Counted from the first letter of the stretch, positions 19,107 to 28,045 are shown. The stretch is 64,000 nt of DNA from an uncultured Candidatus Saccharibacteria bacterium (GCA_964596395.1 CAZQSY010000004.1:9008-73007), one strand, 5' to 3'. Notes: generated by a model not told the origin, from the letters alone. Numbers and translations: made by a program.

Positions 19107-19695
19107 ATTAGAGGCGATACTTTTTTGGAAGGGCGAGCCGGTACCCATAAAGAAGCTCTCTGAACTTTCGGGCTCCAGCATAGCAGAAACGCGCGACGCG
19201 CTTGCGAAGCTGAAAGAAAATTTGCGAGGAAGAGGCGTAGTGCTTTTGCATTTAGAAAAACCTGCCCACAATGCAACAGAGCGCGATGCAGGCGGGGAAG
19301 ACGAAGTGGCATTAGGCACTGCGCCGGAGCTTTCAGACCTAATACTTGACTTACAGAAAGAAGAATTCAATCGCGAGCTCTCCAGAGCGTCGCTTGAGAC
19401 GCTGTCCATAATTTTATACAAAGACGGGGCCAGCCGTTCGCTTATTGATTATATTCGGGGCGTCAATTCTAGTTTCACCCTGCGGGCCCTTTCTATCCGG
19501 GGGCTTATAGAAAAAACACCCGACCCGGAAGACGCCAGGCGCTTTATTTACAAACCGACTTTTGACCTGCTCTCTTATATGGGTATCAGGTCGAAAGAAG
19601 AACTGCCTGATTACGAAAAAGTCGGCGCGTCGGTGCGTTCTGTCGAAGAAAATTTGGCCGAAGAAACGAAAGATGGAGCCGAAACAGCGTCCTAA
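19090..19695 (+). CDS. scpB: Segregation and condensation protein B
   Basis: ScpB winged-helix N-terminus (LEAILFWKGEPVPIKKL). Start at MELQHKL (19090), overlapping the scpA end. Confidence 0.8.
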   Translation: MELQHKLEAILFWKGEPVPIKKLSELSGSSIAETRDALAKLKENLRGRGVVLLHLEKPAHNATERDAGGEDEVALGTAPELSDLILDLQKEEFNRELSRASLETLSIILYKDGASRSLIDYIRGVNSSFTLRALSIRGLIEKTPDPEDARRFIYKPTFDLLSYMGIRSKEELPDYEKVGASVRSVEENLAEETKDGAETAS

Positions 19696-20593
19696 CTACC
19701 TTCTGTTCTTTGTGTTCGCGGTGATTCTCTTTGAGAGCGTGTTTTTTTTGCACGGGAATCGCAAATGGGAAGCGGTATTTCTGGCCGAAGAAAAAAATAA
19801 GGAAGTCATACAAAGCGCCCTAGACGACGCGCGTTTGGAAGCGAAGGCGGTTTCGGTTTATGATTTTACTTCCAAAGAAAAAATTTATGGCAGAAACGAC
19901 GATGTAGCTATGCCCATAGCTTCACTCGTCAAGACGATGCTTGTCGCTGTGGCTGTAAACGCTATTGGTGGAGAAAGTTCGATCTCGATTTCCCAGGCCG
20001 CAATTTTAGAGCAGGGGGATTACGGTTTTTTCGTGGGCGAAAAGTTCGCGGTTCGAGACTTGGCTCGGCTGACTCTAGTAGGGTCATCTAACGACGGCTC
20101 TTACGCCTTGGCGGAAAACACTTCGGGTATTTTGGAAAAAATGAACAAAAAGGCGCAGAAAATCGGAATGACCCGCGCGATGTTTTCGAATTATACCGGC
20201 CTAGACGTATCGGATGGCCTAAGTTTTGCCCCGAGTTCGCTGGCTTCAGCCGAAGATGTGAACCAAATGTCTTATTACGCCTCGCGGGGAAATTCGGAAA
20301 TTTTTTCCGCTACTGTCTTGCCCGAAATTACCGTTGTTTCCGAATCCGGCTACGCGCATACCATTAAAAACACCAACATTATCCTTGGTAAAATCCCGGG
20401 AATTATTTTTTCTAAAACCGGCTACACCCCGCTGGCGGGCGGTAATCTTTCGATAATTTATAAGAATCAGTACGGGCGCGAAATTGCCGTTGCCGTCCTC
20501 GGCTCAACTTTTGACGGCAGATTTAAAGACGTAGAAAACATAGTCAATTTATTGTACAATTTGGACTATGGAAGCTCAAACCGGCGAAATTAG
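19673..20593 (+). CDS. D-alanyl-D-alanine carboxypeptidase (serine-type, PBP5-like)
   Basis: SxxK active site (ASLVKTM), SxN (SSND) and KTG (KTGYT) motifs. Signal/TM N-terminus. Start at MEPKQRP. Confidence 0.75.
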   Translation: MEPKQRPNYLLFFVFAVILFESVFFLHGNRKWEAVFLAEEKNKEVIQSALDDARLEAKAVSVYDFTSKEKIYGRNDDVAMPIASLVKTMLVAVAVNAIGGESSISISQAAILEQGDYGFFVGEKFAVRDLARLTLVGSSNDGSYALAENTSGILEKMNKKAQKIGMTRAMFSNYTGLDVSDGLSFAPSSLASAEDVNQMSYYASRGNSEIFSATVLPEITVVSESGYAHTIKNTNIILGKIPGIIFSKTGYTPLAGGNLSIIYKNQYGREIAVAVLGSTFDGRFKDVENIVNLLYNLDYGSSNRRN

Positions 20594-22280
20594 AACTTGT
20601 CAGAATTGCAGACATAACTTCGCAATTGAGCCGGAAGATTTTAATTTCTATGAAAAAATAAAAGTTCCTCCGCCGACGTTTTGCCCGGAGTGCCGACTTA
20701 TCCGGAGAATGATTTGGCGCAATGAACGCTCACTTTACAAACGTGCTTGCGATTTGTGCGGCAAAAAAATTATTTCTATGTATGAGGAAGGTGTGCCGTT
20801 TCCGGTATATTGCCCGGAGTGTTGGAAGGGTGACGCCCGGGACCCTTTTCAATACGGAACAGAGTATGATTTTAATAAACCGTTTTTCAAGCAATGGCAT
20901 GAGCTTTTTTTACGGGTGCCAAGGCAATCCACCTGGCAGACGAATGATTGTATTAACACCGAATACGCGAACTTCGTGCAGGAAGCAAAAAATATTTACC
21001 TGGCGTATTCGGTGATTTACGGTTCAGAGGACGTTTACTATTCAAATAATATAGACGGTTCCAAGAAAATAGTGGACGCCTTAAACGCCAAAGAAAGCGA
21101 GTTGGTTTACGAAGGAATTGGGAGCGTGAAAAATTACAACTGCCGGTATGCCTACTGGTCTTCTAATTGCCTGGATTGCGATTTTGTTTTTGATTGCGTG
21201 AATTGCAGTAATTGTTTTAGCTGTGTAAATTTGCGCAATAAGAAATACCACATCTGGAACCGGGAATACTCTAGAGAGGAATATTTTGAGAGATTGAAAG
21301 AATTAAACACGGGAAGTTATAAGTCGGTGCAGGAAAATCTGGAAAAATTCTGGAAATTTTATCTTCAATTTCCCAGAAAATACGCTAAATCAACAAATAG
21401 CGTAAACTCTACCGGGGACGAAATCCGCGAATGCAAGAACGCGCATTTCGTGTTTAGCTCTTACGAATCGGAAGATGTCAAGTTCATATATCGTTCCCTT
21501 AAAATCAAAGACGCAATGGATGCCTGCCATCTGGGCAAAAATTCTGAAATGGTTTACGAGCATGGTTTTGGAGGGTCAGACCATAGCACTAATGTAAAAT
21601 TTGTTCTAGCCGGAGCGCCGGCTGTATCAGACGTGGAGTATATAGATTATTGCCAATCTTCAAGTCACTTATTCGGCTGTATCGGCCTTCGCTCTAAAAA
21701 GTACTGCATATTAAACAAACAGTATAAAAAAGAAGAATATCTTTCATTGACGGAAAAAATAAAAGACCACATGATGAAGATGCCGTACATAGATACCAGC
21801 GGGATAACATACAGATACGGAGAACTTTTTCCTTACGAGTTTTCGCCGTTTGGCTACAACGAAACCATGGCTAGCGCCTTGGTTCCGCTTTCTAAAGAAG
21901 AGGTTCTAAAGAGGGGATATAGATGGAAAGAAAAGGCGGAAAATAAATATGAAATCACAAAAAAAGCGGATGATTTGCCGGACGATATAAAAGATGCGGA
22001 CGATACCATTCTAAATGAAGTGGTAGAATGTGCCGCGACTAAGAGACCTTTTCGAATAACCAAATTTGAGATTGATTTCTATCGGCGAATGAATATTCCT
22101 TTGCCAAGATTGCATCAAGACGAAAGGTATAGGCGTCGGATGGCATTATGTAACCCCCTCAAGCTATGGCATAGGAAATGCATGAAGGAAGGTTGTACCA
22201 ATGAATTCGAGACCTCTTACGCCCCTGAGAGGCCGGAGATTGTTTATTGTGAGAGGTGTTATCAGGGGGAGGTTTATTGA
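20568..22280 (+). CDS. Cys-rich hypothetical protein with multiple zinc-ribbon-like CxxC pairs and internal repeats
   Basis: 570 aa. N-terminal CQNC...CPEC...CDLC...CPEC, central CxxCxxC clusters, repeated KKY.I.N.EY..EEY blocks, and a C-terminal CERC. No family recognised. Confidence 0.5.
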   Translation: MEAQTGEIRTCQNCRHNFAIEPEDFNFYEKIKVPPPTFCPECRLIRRMIWRNERSLYKRACDLCGKKIISMYEEGVPFPVYCPECWKGDARDPFQYGTEYDFNKPFFKQWHELFLRVPRQSTWQTNDCINTEYANFVQEAKNIYLAYSVIYGSEDVYYSNNIDGSKKIVDALNAKESELVYEGIGSVKNYNCRYAYWSSNCLDCDFVFDCVNCSNCFSCVNLRNKKYHIWNREYSREEYFERLKELNTGSYKSVQENLEKFWKFYLQFPRKYAKSTNSVNSTGDEIRECKNAHFVFSSYESEDVKFIYRSLKIKDAMDACHLGKNSEMVYEHGFGGSDHSTNVKFVLAGAPAVSDVEYIDYCQSSSHLFGCIGLRSKKYCILNKQYKKEEYLSLTEKIKDHMMKMPYIDTSGITYRYGELFPYEFSPFGYNETMASALVPLSKEEVLKRGYRWKEKAENKYEITKKADDLPDDIKDADDTILNEVVECAATKRPFRITKFEIDFYRRMNIPLPRLHQDERYRRRMALCNPLKLWHRKCMKEGCTNEFETSYAPERPEIVYCERCYQGEVY

Positions 22281-22330
22281 TTCTCTAATTCCTGCCTGCC
22301 GGCAGGCAGGCGCGCGAATAGGCGAATAAG
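22281..22330. repeat. 28-mer repeat tctctaattc|gcgcgaataggcgaata interrupted by a family-C palindrome insertion
   Basis: The uninterrupted copy at 1463-1492 reads tctctaattcgcgcgaataggcgaata. Here the same sequence carries ctgcctgccggcaggcagg inserted after tctctaattc. Confidence 0.65.
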
Positions 22331-22371
22331 GAAATAAAATAAAAAATCTGTATAATGGTGTTTCTAATGTA

Positions 22372-23139
22372 ATGAAAATGATCGTTCAAAATTTGGCCAC
22401 GGAATACGAAGATGAGGGGGAGGGAAAAACCTTGCTTTTTTTGCACGGATGGCAAAGCAATCTGCACACTTTCGACCCCTTAGTGAATTCCTTGAGGGAT
22501 TCACTAGAGAAAACGCACAGGTTCGTGCGCCTTGATTTGCCGGGTTTTGGCGGGAGCGAAAGGCCGAGGGAGGATTGGGACTTGGACAAATATGTCTATT
22601 TCGTTTCTGATTTTGTAAAAAAAATGAATCTAGATGTATACGCGCTAGTCGGGCACTCGATGGGCGGACGGATAATTATAAAAGGCGTTTCGGAAAATAT
22701 TTTGAAAACCGAGAAAATAGTGCTAATTTCTTCAGCCGGCATCGCCAAGAGGAAAACTTTCCGCAACCGTTTATTAAAGTTTCTGGCGAAAACCGGCCGG
22801 ATGGTCACGTGCATTCCGCCGTTTTATTTCTGGCGGGAGGGATTGCGCCGAAAAATGTACCAAAAAATCGGAAGTCGAGATTACCTTTCTGCCGGCGCCA
22901 TGCGGGGGACTTTCGTTCGGGTAATAAACGAAGATCTTTCTATAAACGCCCAAAAAGTTAATTCTCCGGCGCTGCTTGTCTGGGGCGAGAATGACACAGA
23001 AACGCCCCTTTCTGATGGAATGCGGCTCTCAAAAATGATTGCCGGTTCGGAGCTTAATGTTTTAAAAGGTTGCGGACATTTCGTGCATGAAGAAAAAGCA
23101 CAAGAGGTGGGAGATATCGTGGAAAAATTCTTATGTTAA
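22372..23139 (+). CDS. Alpha/beta hydrolase fold protein
   Basis: LLFLHGWQSN and nucleophile elbow GHSMGG. -10 TATAAT upstream at ~22353. Confidence 0.75.
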   Translation: MKMIVQNLATEYEDEGEGKTLLFLHGWQSNLHTFDPLVNSLRDSLEKTHRFVRLDLPGFGGSERPREDWDLDKYVYFVSDFVKKMNLDVYALVGHSMGGRIIIKGVSENILKTEKIVLISSAGIAKRKTFRNRLLKFLAKTGRMVTCIPPFYFWREGLRRKMYQKIGSRDYLSAGAMRGTFVRVINEDLSINAQKVNSPALLVWGENDTETPLSDGMRLSKMIAGSELNVLKGCGHFVHEEKAQEVGDIVEKFLC

Positions 23140-24623
23140 AAAATATATTCAACAGATTTATTTCTAAATACAGCTTGCGTTATCCTAGGTCGATAGCGTA
23201 TATGCTGCAGGCGAGCGAATACAAACCGGTTCCGTATCTCAAATGGTGGTTGAGGGTAGAAGATTTTTGCCGGGTGGAAAAAAGAAAGAGTTTGGTAAAA
23301 ACCCAAAATGCGAAAATCTTCCTTTCGTTTTCCTGGCTGATTTACCTCGCTTCGTATGCCGCCATTCTGGGCGTTTTGGTTTTTGCAAATTTCGATTATA
23401 AATACGCCGCCGTGGCGGCCATGGCGCTTCTGGCTCCTTATATTCTAGCTTTCGGAGTTTTGCTTTTGGTTTTTGCCATGAAAATTTTTTATCTGCCCAA
23501 AATGCATTTTTTGATTAAAAAAAGAACTGCGGAGCTTGAAAAACACAAGGGCTTGAAAATCGGCATTGCCGGGAGCTTCGGCAAAACGACTATGCGCGAA
23601 ATATTGAAGACCGTGCTTTCCGCCGGTAAAAAAGTCGCTTCGCCGGAGAAAAATTATAATACGCTGACGGGTATCAGCAATTTCATTAAGACGTTAAAAG
23701 GAGACGAAGAAATTTTAATCTTTGAACTTGGCGAATATTACAAAGGGGACATAAGAGAGATGTGCGAATTTGTGCATCCGCAAATCGGGATAATCACCGG
23801 AGTAAATGAAGCGCACTTGGAGAAATTCAAGAATCTGGATACAACCGCGAGCACGATTTTTGAACTAGCTGATTGGCTTGAGGAAAATAAAAAAAACACA
23901 GGGGAACCCTGTGAAAATTTTACACAGGGTTCCCCTGTGTTGTACATAAACGGCGAAAACGAACCGGCAAAAAGTCGCGCCCAGTCGAAGGATTTTGTCT
24001 ATTCAAGGAGCGGCTTGGATGGTTTGCGGGTTTCGAGCGCACATGCTGGGCTCGAAGGCACCAGTTTTACTCTGGAGTATGAGGGTAAAAATTTTGAGTT
24101 TAATTCAGGACTCCTCGGCTTGCACCAAGTCGGCCCGCTTTGCGCGGCGGTGCATCTGGGTCTATGTCTAGGAATAAAGATAAGTGACCTGCAAAAAGGA
24201 GTGGCCGAAACGAAACCATTCGAGCATCGGTTAGAGCCAAAGACCCTCGCCGGCGGAGTAACGATGCTGGATGACAGCTATAACGGCAACCCTGACGGGG
24301 TTAAGGTGGTGATAGAATTTTTGGCTTCGCTTAAAAGCCGCCGCCGGTTTTACGTTACTCCCGGATTGGTAGAAATGGGACCGAGGACCGAAGAAGTGCA
24401 TAAAGAAATCGGCAGGGAACTCGCGCGAAGCGGAATAGAAAAAATTGTTTTGGTAAAAAACTCGGTTACGCCTTATATTGAAGCAGGTCTGAAAGAAGAG
24501 AATTTCGCGGGCGAAGTGATATGGTTTGAAGACAGCTTAAAAATGCTTTCGGCCTTGCCTCATTTGACCGTTTCGGGTGATATAGTATTATTGCAGAATG
24601 ACTGGCCCGACCAATACTACTAA
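23133..24623 (+). CDS. murF: Mur ligase family protein, likely UDP-MurNAc-tripeptide--D-Ala-D-Ala ligase, with unusual N-terminal TM extension
   Basis: Mur ligase P-loop GIAGSFGKTT, central and C-terminal domains, and the gene sits next to ddl. ~130-aa N-terminal segment with 2-3 TM helices. In-frame family-E palindrome at 23895-23941. Confidence 0.7.
   Translation: MLKNIFNRFISKYSLRYPRSIAYMLQASEYKPVPYLKWWLRVEDFCRVEKRKSLVKTQNAKIFLSFSWLIYLASYAAILGVLVFANFDYKYAAVAAMALLAPYILAFGVLLLVFAMKIFYLPKMHFLIKKRTAELEKHKGLKIGIAGSFGKTTMREILKTVLSAGKKVASPEKNYNTLTGISNFIKTLKGDEEILIFELGEYYKGDIREMCEFVHPQIGIITGVNEAHLEKFKNLDTTASTIFELADWLEENKKNTGEPCENFTQGSPVLYINGENEPAKSRAQSKDFVYSRSGLDGLRVSSAHAGLEGTSFTLEYEGKNFEFNSGLLGLHQVGPLCAAVHLGLCLGIKISDLQKGVAETKPFEHRLEPKTLAGGVTMLDDSYNGNPDGVKVVIEFLASLKSRRRFYVTPGLVEMGPRTEEVHKEIGRELARSGIEKIVLVKNSVTPYIEAGLKEENFAGEVIWFEDSLKMLSALPHLTVSGDIVLLQNDWPDQYY
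23895..23941. repeat. Family-E nested palindrome (aacacaggggaaccctgtg-aaaatttt-acacagggttcccctgtgtt) in frame inside murF
   Basis: Nearly perfect ~23-bp inverted arms. A sibling copy (arms acacagggtagtcctgtg) is intergenic at 3791-3834. Here it encodes NTGEPCENFTQGSPVL. Confidence 0.7.
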
Positions 24624-25800
24624 AAAAAACATTGCCGTATTTTTCGGAGGCAGGAGCGCCGAGCATGACGTGTCTATAATCACCGCGCATGTGCCGATAA
24701 TAGAATCGCTTTTGGCGATAGGGAATTTCGACGTTTATCCGGTTTATATAGCGAAAGACGGTTCTTGGTACTCTGACCAAAAAATGAACGACTTGGAATA
24801 TTTCAAGCAGGACAATATTGCCGAGGTTTTGAAAAAACAAAAAAAAGTTCAAATACTTTTTGACAATGGATTGAAAATAATTTGGCCCGGAATTTTCCCA
24901 AAAACCGTAAATATAGATGTTGCCTTTCCCGCCATGCACGGTACTTACGGCGAAGATGGGTCGCTCATGGGGCTCTTACGGATGGCAAATGTGCCTTTTG
25001 TGGGCTGTGATATTTTCGCTTCTGCTGTCGCTATGGACAAAGTTTTAACCAAACAGGTGCTCGCGGCCGAAGGTGTGCCTATAGTGCCGTACGTGTGGTT
25101 TACAAAGAATGATTGGGATAAGAACAAAGAAGAATATAAAAATAAAATTTCTAAATTGAAATGGCCGCTTTTCGTAAAACCGGTGCATTTGGGCTCGAGT
25201 ATTGGTATTACCAAAGTTAAAAAAACAGAAGAACTTGAGAATGCCGTCGAAGTAGCATTTCATTATGATGACAAAATCTTGGTGGAGGAAGGTGTAGACA
25301 ATCTTGTAGAAGTTACTTTACCCATAATTGGTAATGACGATTTGGTGAGGTTGGCCGGAGTAGAACGACCCCTCAATAAAACTGAATTTTTTGATTTCCA
25401 GGAGAAGTATATTTCTGGGGGCGGAAAAAAACAGAGCGGGGTAAACAATGCTTATAGTGAAATTCCGGCCAAGATAAGTGATGACTCTAAGGTTAATGAA
25501 AGTCTTTCCAAACAGGTTATGGATCTCGGTATAAAAACCTACAAAATGCTCGGCTGTGAGGGTGTTGCCAGAGTAGATTTCCTGATAGACGGGGTACAGA
25601 AAAAAGTTTACATAAACGAGGTAAATACGCTTCCTGGAAGCCTATATGTTCACAATTGGAAAAAAGTAGGGGTCTCTGGGGTTGAGCTTGTTACCAAGCT
25701 CGTGGCTCTGGCGGAAGAAAGATTCAACGCGCGGAAAGGCACGACTTATACATTTGATTCAAGTATTTTAAAGCAAATCGGCGGGCCAAAATTTCAATAG
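24598..25800 (+). CDS. ddl: D-alanine--D-alanine ligase (ATP-grasp), long form
   Basis: N-terminal IAVFFGGRSAEHDVS, ATP-grasp motifs, C-terminal EVNTLPG. 400 aa is longer than typical Ddl. Confidence 0.8.
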   Translation: MTGPTNTTKKNIAVFFGGRSAEHDVSIITAHVPIIESLLAIGNFDVYPVYIAKDGSWYSDQKMNDLEYFKQDNIAEVLKKQKKVQILFDNGLKIIWPGIFPKTVNIDVAFPAMHGTYGEDGSLMGLLRMANVPFVGCDIFASAVAMDKVLTKQVLAAEGVPIVPYVWFTKNDWDKNKEEYKNKISKLKWPLFVKPVHLGSSIGITKVKKTEELENAVEVAFHYDDKILVEEGVDNLVEVTLPIIGNDDLVRLAGVERPLNKTEFFDFQEKYISGGGKKQSGVNNAYSEIPAKISDDSKVNESLSKQVMDLGIKTYKMLGCEGVARVDFLIDGVQKKVYINEVNTLPGSLYVHNWKKVGVSGVELVTKLVALAEERFNARKGTTYTFDSSILKQIGGPKFQ

Positions 25801-25835
25801 TTGCTTTTAGGCCTTATTTATATTAAGATTATCCC

Positions 25836-25994
25836 ATGTCCCAAGAACGACTCATAAAACTTGCCTGCGGGCTCTGTAAGCGCATAAATTACTGGTCAAG
25901 CAAGAACAAAAAGACCGTTACCGCGAAAGTTGAGCTCAACAAGTACTGCAAATGGTGTAAGAAGAAGACCAAGCATAAAGAAATCAAGAAATAA
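25836..25994 (+). CDS. rpmG: 50S ribosomal protein L33
   Basis: 52-aa ORF MSQERLIKLACGLCKRINYW...CKWCKK with the two CxxC pairs of the L33 zinc ribbon. Absent from the ORF track because it is shorter than 60 aa. Confidence 0.8.
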   Translation: MSQERLIKLACGLCKRINYWSSKNKKTVTAKVELNKYCKWCKKKTKHKEIKK

Positions 25995-26177
25995 CCTGTT
26001 TCTTTTGCCTCTTTTTTGTGCTATATATAAAGCGCAGCCGAGACCGGTTGCGGGTTCTTTTAGTTCGGAATTTCTTTGCTTAAGTGGAAATTCCGTCAGG
26101 CGCGATTTCTTTTTCGTTTTTGCGCCTGTATGTTTCCGCCCGCGTTTTGATACCGGTTTAAAGTGTGGGCGGAGCAT

Positions 26178-26276
26178 GGGCCTATTGTTCTGTGGTAGAA
26201 TAGCGGTCTCCACCCCGTCGCTCGCGAGCGACAGGGTCCAAGACCGTTGCCGGAAGTTCGATTCCTCCACGGCCCA
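26178..26276 (+). pseudogene. Degenerate tRNA-Trp-like sequence with a 24-nt hairpin inserted in the anticodon loop, directly abutting the GIY-YIG ORF start
   Basis: D-arm gttc/tgtggta/gaat, anticodon stem gcggt + loop ctcca(hairpin ccccgtcgctcgcgagcgacaggg)..accgt, T-arm ggaag-TTCGATT-cctcc. Acceptor pairs only 5/7. Ends 2 nt before the ATG at 26279. Confidence 0.5.
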
Positions 26277-26278
26277 CA

Positions 26279-26538
26279 TGTTTTATGTTTACGTTTTGAA
26301 GAGTAAGAAAGACAATAAGCTGTATTTCGGGTATACTGCTGACCTGAAAAAACGTTTATCTGAACACAAGAGAGGGAACGTAGAAAATACTAGCCATAGA
26401 TTGCCCGTTGAGCTTGTTTATTACGAATCTTATAGAAATATAGATGATGCGAAGGAGCGGGAAAAGAGTTTCAAAAATAGCGGTTCTGTGTATAATGGAT
26501 TGGTAAAAAGAATTAAGAGAAGTATGATGGGAGCTTAG
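26279..26538 (+). CDS. Small GIY-YIG nuclease (COG2827/UPF0213-type URI-domain protein)
   Basis: MFYVYVLKS...KLYFGYTADLKKRLSEHKRG matches the GIY-YIG core. Paralogous to 44802..45059. The TAG stop lies inside the 5' end of tRNA-Trp. Confidence 0.75.
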
Positions 26539-26602
26539 TTAAGTGGTATAACTGCGGTCTCCAAAACCGCGGTCAAGGGTCCGATTCCCTTAGCTCCCGC
26601 CA
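26529..26602 (+). tRNA. tRNA-Trp (anticodon CCA), CCA encoded
   Basis: Acceptor gggagct/agctccc, D-arm gtta-agtggta-taac, anticodon stem gcggt/accgc with loop cTCCAaa, T-arm aaggg/ccctt, discriminator g then cca. Overlaps the last 10 nt of the GIY-YIG ORF. Confidence 0.8.
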
Positions 26603-26690
26603 GAGACATTTAGGTCTCCACCCCGTCGTTCGCGAACGACGGGGTCCAAAACCGCGGTCAAGGGTCCGATTCCCTCATCGCCCGCTAGAT
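26603..26690 (+). pseudogene. Partial duplicate of the tRNA-Trp 3' portion carrying the same anticodon-loop hairpin
   Basis: aggtctcca + hairpin ccccgtcgttcgcgaacgacgggg + tccaaaaccgcggtcaagggtccgattccct... matches the tRNA-Trp 3' half with altered acceptor. No 5' half present. Confidence 0.5.
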
Positions 26691-26710
26691 TAAGTTAAAA
26701 AATTATCATC

Positions 26711-27202
26711 ATGCATGACAGGGTTTTAAATTCAAGGGGGAATTCAGGTTTCTGGAATGTTAATTCCAATGAATTATACGACGCCGCAAAAATTCTTTGG
26801 AATTGTTGGACAATGAACAACCCAATGACAGCAAAAAATCCACTGAGAAAGAAAATAGGAGAAAAAATTCATCGATTTCATTGGATAACTATGATGCTAC
26901 TGAGCTTGAGTTTGGAAACTCTCTTAAAAGGAAAAATTATAAAAAATGAACCTCTTTTAATAACAGACAAAAAATTTCCTCTAGAAACCCATAATCTTGT
27001 TTTTTTATTTAAAAAGGCAGACATTATTTTTAATGATGATGAAGAATTATTTTTAAAACGACTCACGAATTCAGTAGAATGGATAGGAAAATATCCAATA
27101 CCAAATAAATCAGAAAGTTTTAATTCAAACAACACAACTAGGAGAGAGGAAGATTTCAATCTTTTTGAAGAGTTAAGACAAAGAATTCAAAAAAGCCACT
27201 GA
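26711..27202 (+). CDS. Hypothetical protein (AT-rich, possibly foreign)
   Basis: 163-aa ORF with much lower GC than its neighbours and no recognisable motif. Confidence 0.35.
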   Translation: MHDRVLNSRGNSGFWNVNSNELYDAAKILWNCWTMNNPMTAKNPLRKKIGEKIHRFHWITMMLLSLSLETLLKGKIIKNEPLLITDKKFPLETHNLVFLFKKADIIFNDDEELFLKRLTNSVEWIGKYPIPNKSESFNSNNTTRREEDFNLFEELRQRIQKSH

Positions 27203-28045
27203 TTTACTGGCATCCAGCCACCTTATTTCCTTGTCCCTTTTGAACCAGGTCATTTGGCGCTTGGCGTATTTAAGAGTTTCGGCGATTACTTTCTCAGGCG
27301 TGGGGAAGTAGTATTCAAAACCGAGTTCTTTCAATCTTTTGTCAGAAACGCCAAATTTTTTTAATTTTTGAATTTCTTTGATTAGTCCTTGCCGGAACAT
27401 TTTTGCTACTCTTTTTTCTACTCGTTTTTTCAAAATATCCTTCGGTAGAAAAAGACCTATTTTAACAAATGTTATTTTTTCTGCTATAGCAGAACTTATA
27501 ACATATCTTGTTTTCGGTACCTTACCTAACGTTTGAGCGATTTCTATGGCGCGGATAAGGCGAACCTTATTGTTTTGTTCGTTTTTATTTTTTATATCTT
27601 GTGCTCTTTTTGCATCTAGTTCCCGCAGTACGGCAAAAAGCACGTCTGCGGATTTCGCTAGTAGTTTTTTGCGCAAAGCCGGGTCTGGCTTTACTTCGGG
27701 GAAGACAGTTCCTTTGGTAATCGCGTCTATATAAAAACCCGTGCCTCCGCAGATTATCGGCGTTTTGCCTCTTTTTAAAATATCAGTCATAGCACCCATT
27801 GCAAGTTTTTGGTATTGGGCTGCCGTAAACCTCCTTTTCGGATTTGCCACGTCAATCAGGTGATGGGGGACATTCCGCATTTCTTTCTTAGTGATTTTCC
27901 CTGTGCCTATGTCTAACCCTCTGTACACCTGTCTTGAATCTGCAGAAACTATCTCGCCGTTTATTTTTTTAGCTAGCTTAACCGCCAGGTCGCTTTTACC
28001 CGTGACTGTTTGGCCTAAAATCACTATAACTTTCCGTTTTTTCAT
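27173..28045 (-). CDS. miaA: tRNA dimethylallyltransferase
   Basis: P-loop GQTVTGKS, ADSRQVYRGLDIGTGK motif. Confidence 0.85.
   Translation of the reverse strand: MKKRKVIVILGQTVTGKSDLAVKLAKKINGEIVSADSRQVYRGLDIGTGKITKKEMRNVPHHLIDVANPKRRFTAAQYQKLAMGAMTDILKRGKTPIICGGTGFYIDAITKGTVFPEVKPDPALRKKLLAKSADVLFAVLRELDAKRAQDIKNKNEQNNKVRLIRAIEIAQTLGKVPKTRYVISSAIAEKITFVKIGLFLPKDILKKRVEKRVAKMFRQGLIKEIQKLKKFGVSDKRLKELGFEYYFPTPEKVIAETLKYAKRQMTWFKRDKEIRWLDASKSVAFLNSLS

Noticed and set aside
26205-26245. Archaeal-type (bulge-helix-bulge) tRNA intron interpretation of the 24-nt hairpin in the tRNA-Trp-like anticodon loops
   Set aside because: The insert position is ambiguous because of a tcca repeat. The host tRNA-like copies have defective acceptor stems, or lack a 5' half. 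An intact intron-free tRNA-Trp lies between them. The hairpin is the same one used as a terminator at 7063. Pseudogenes carrying a hairpin insertion fit better than spliceable tRNAs.
25930-26538. 202-aa ORF spanning rpmG, a terminator hairpin, the pseudo-tRNA and the GIY-YIG gene
   Set aside because: It is an artefact of a long open frame. Only the last 86 codons (from ATG 26279) show protein-like GIY-YIG similarity. The upstream part overlaps rpmG in another frame and crosses tRNA-like and hairpin sequence.
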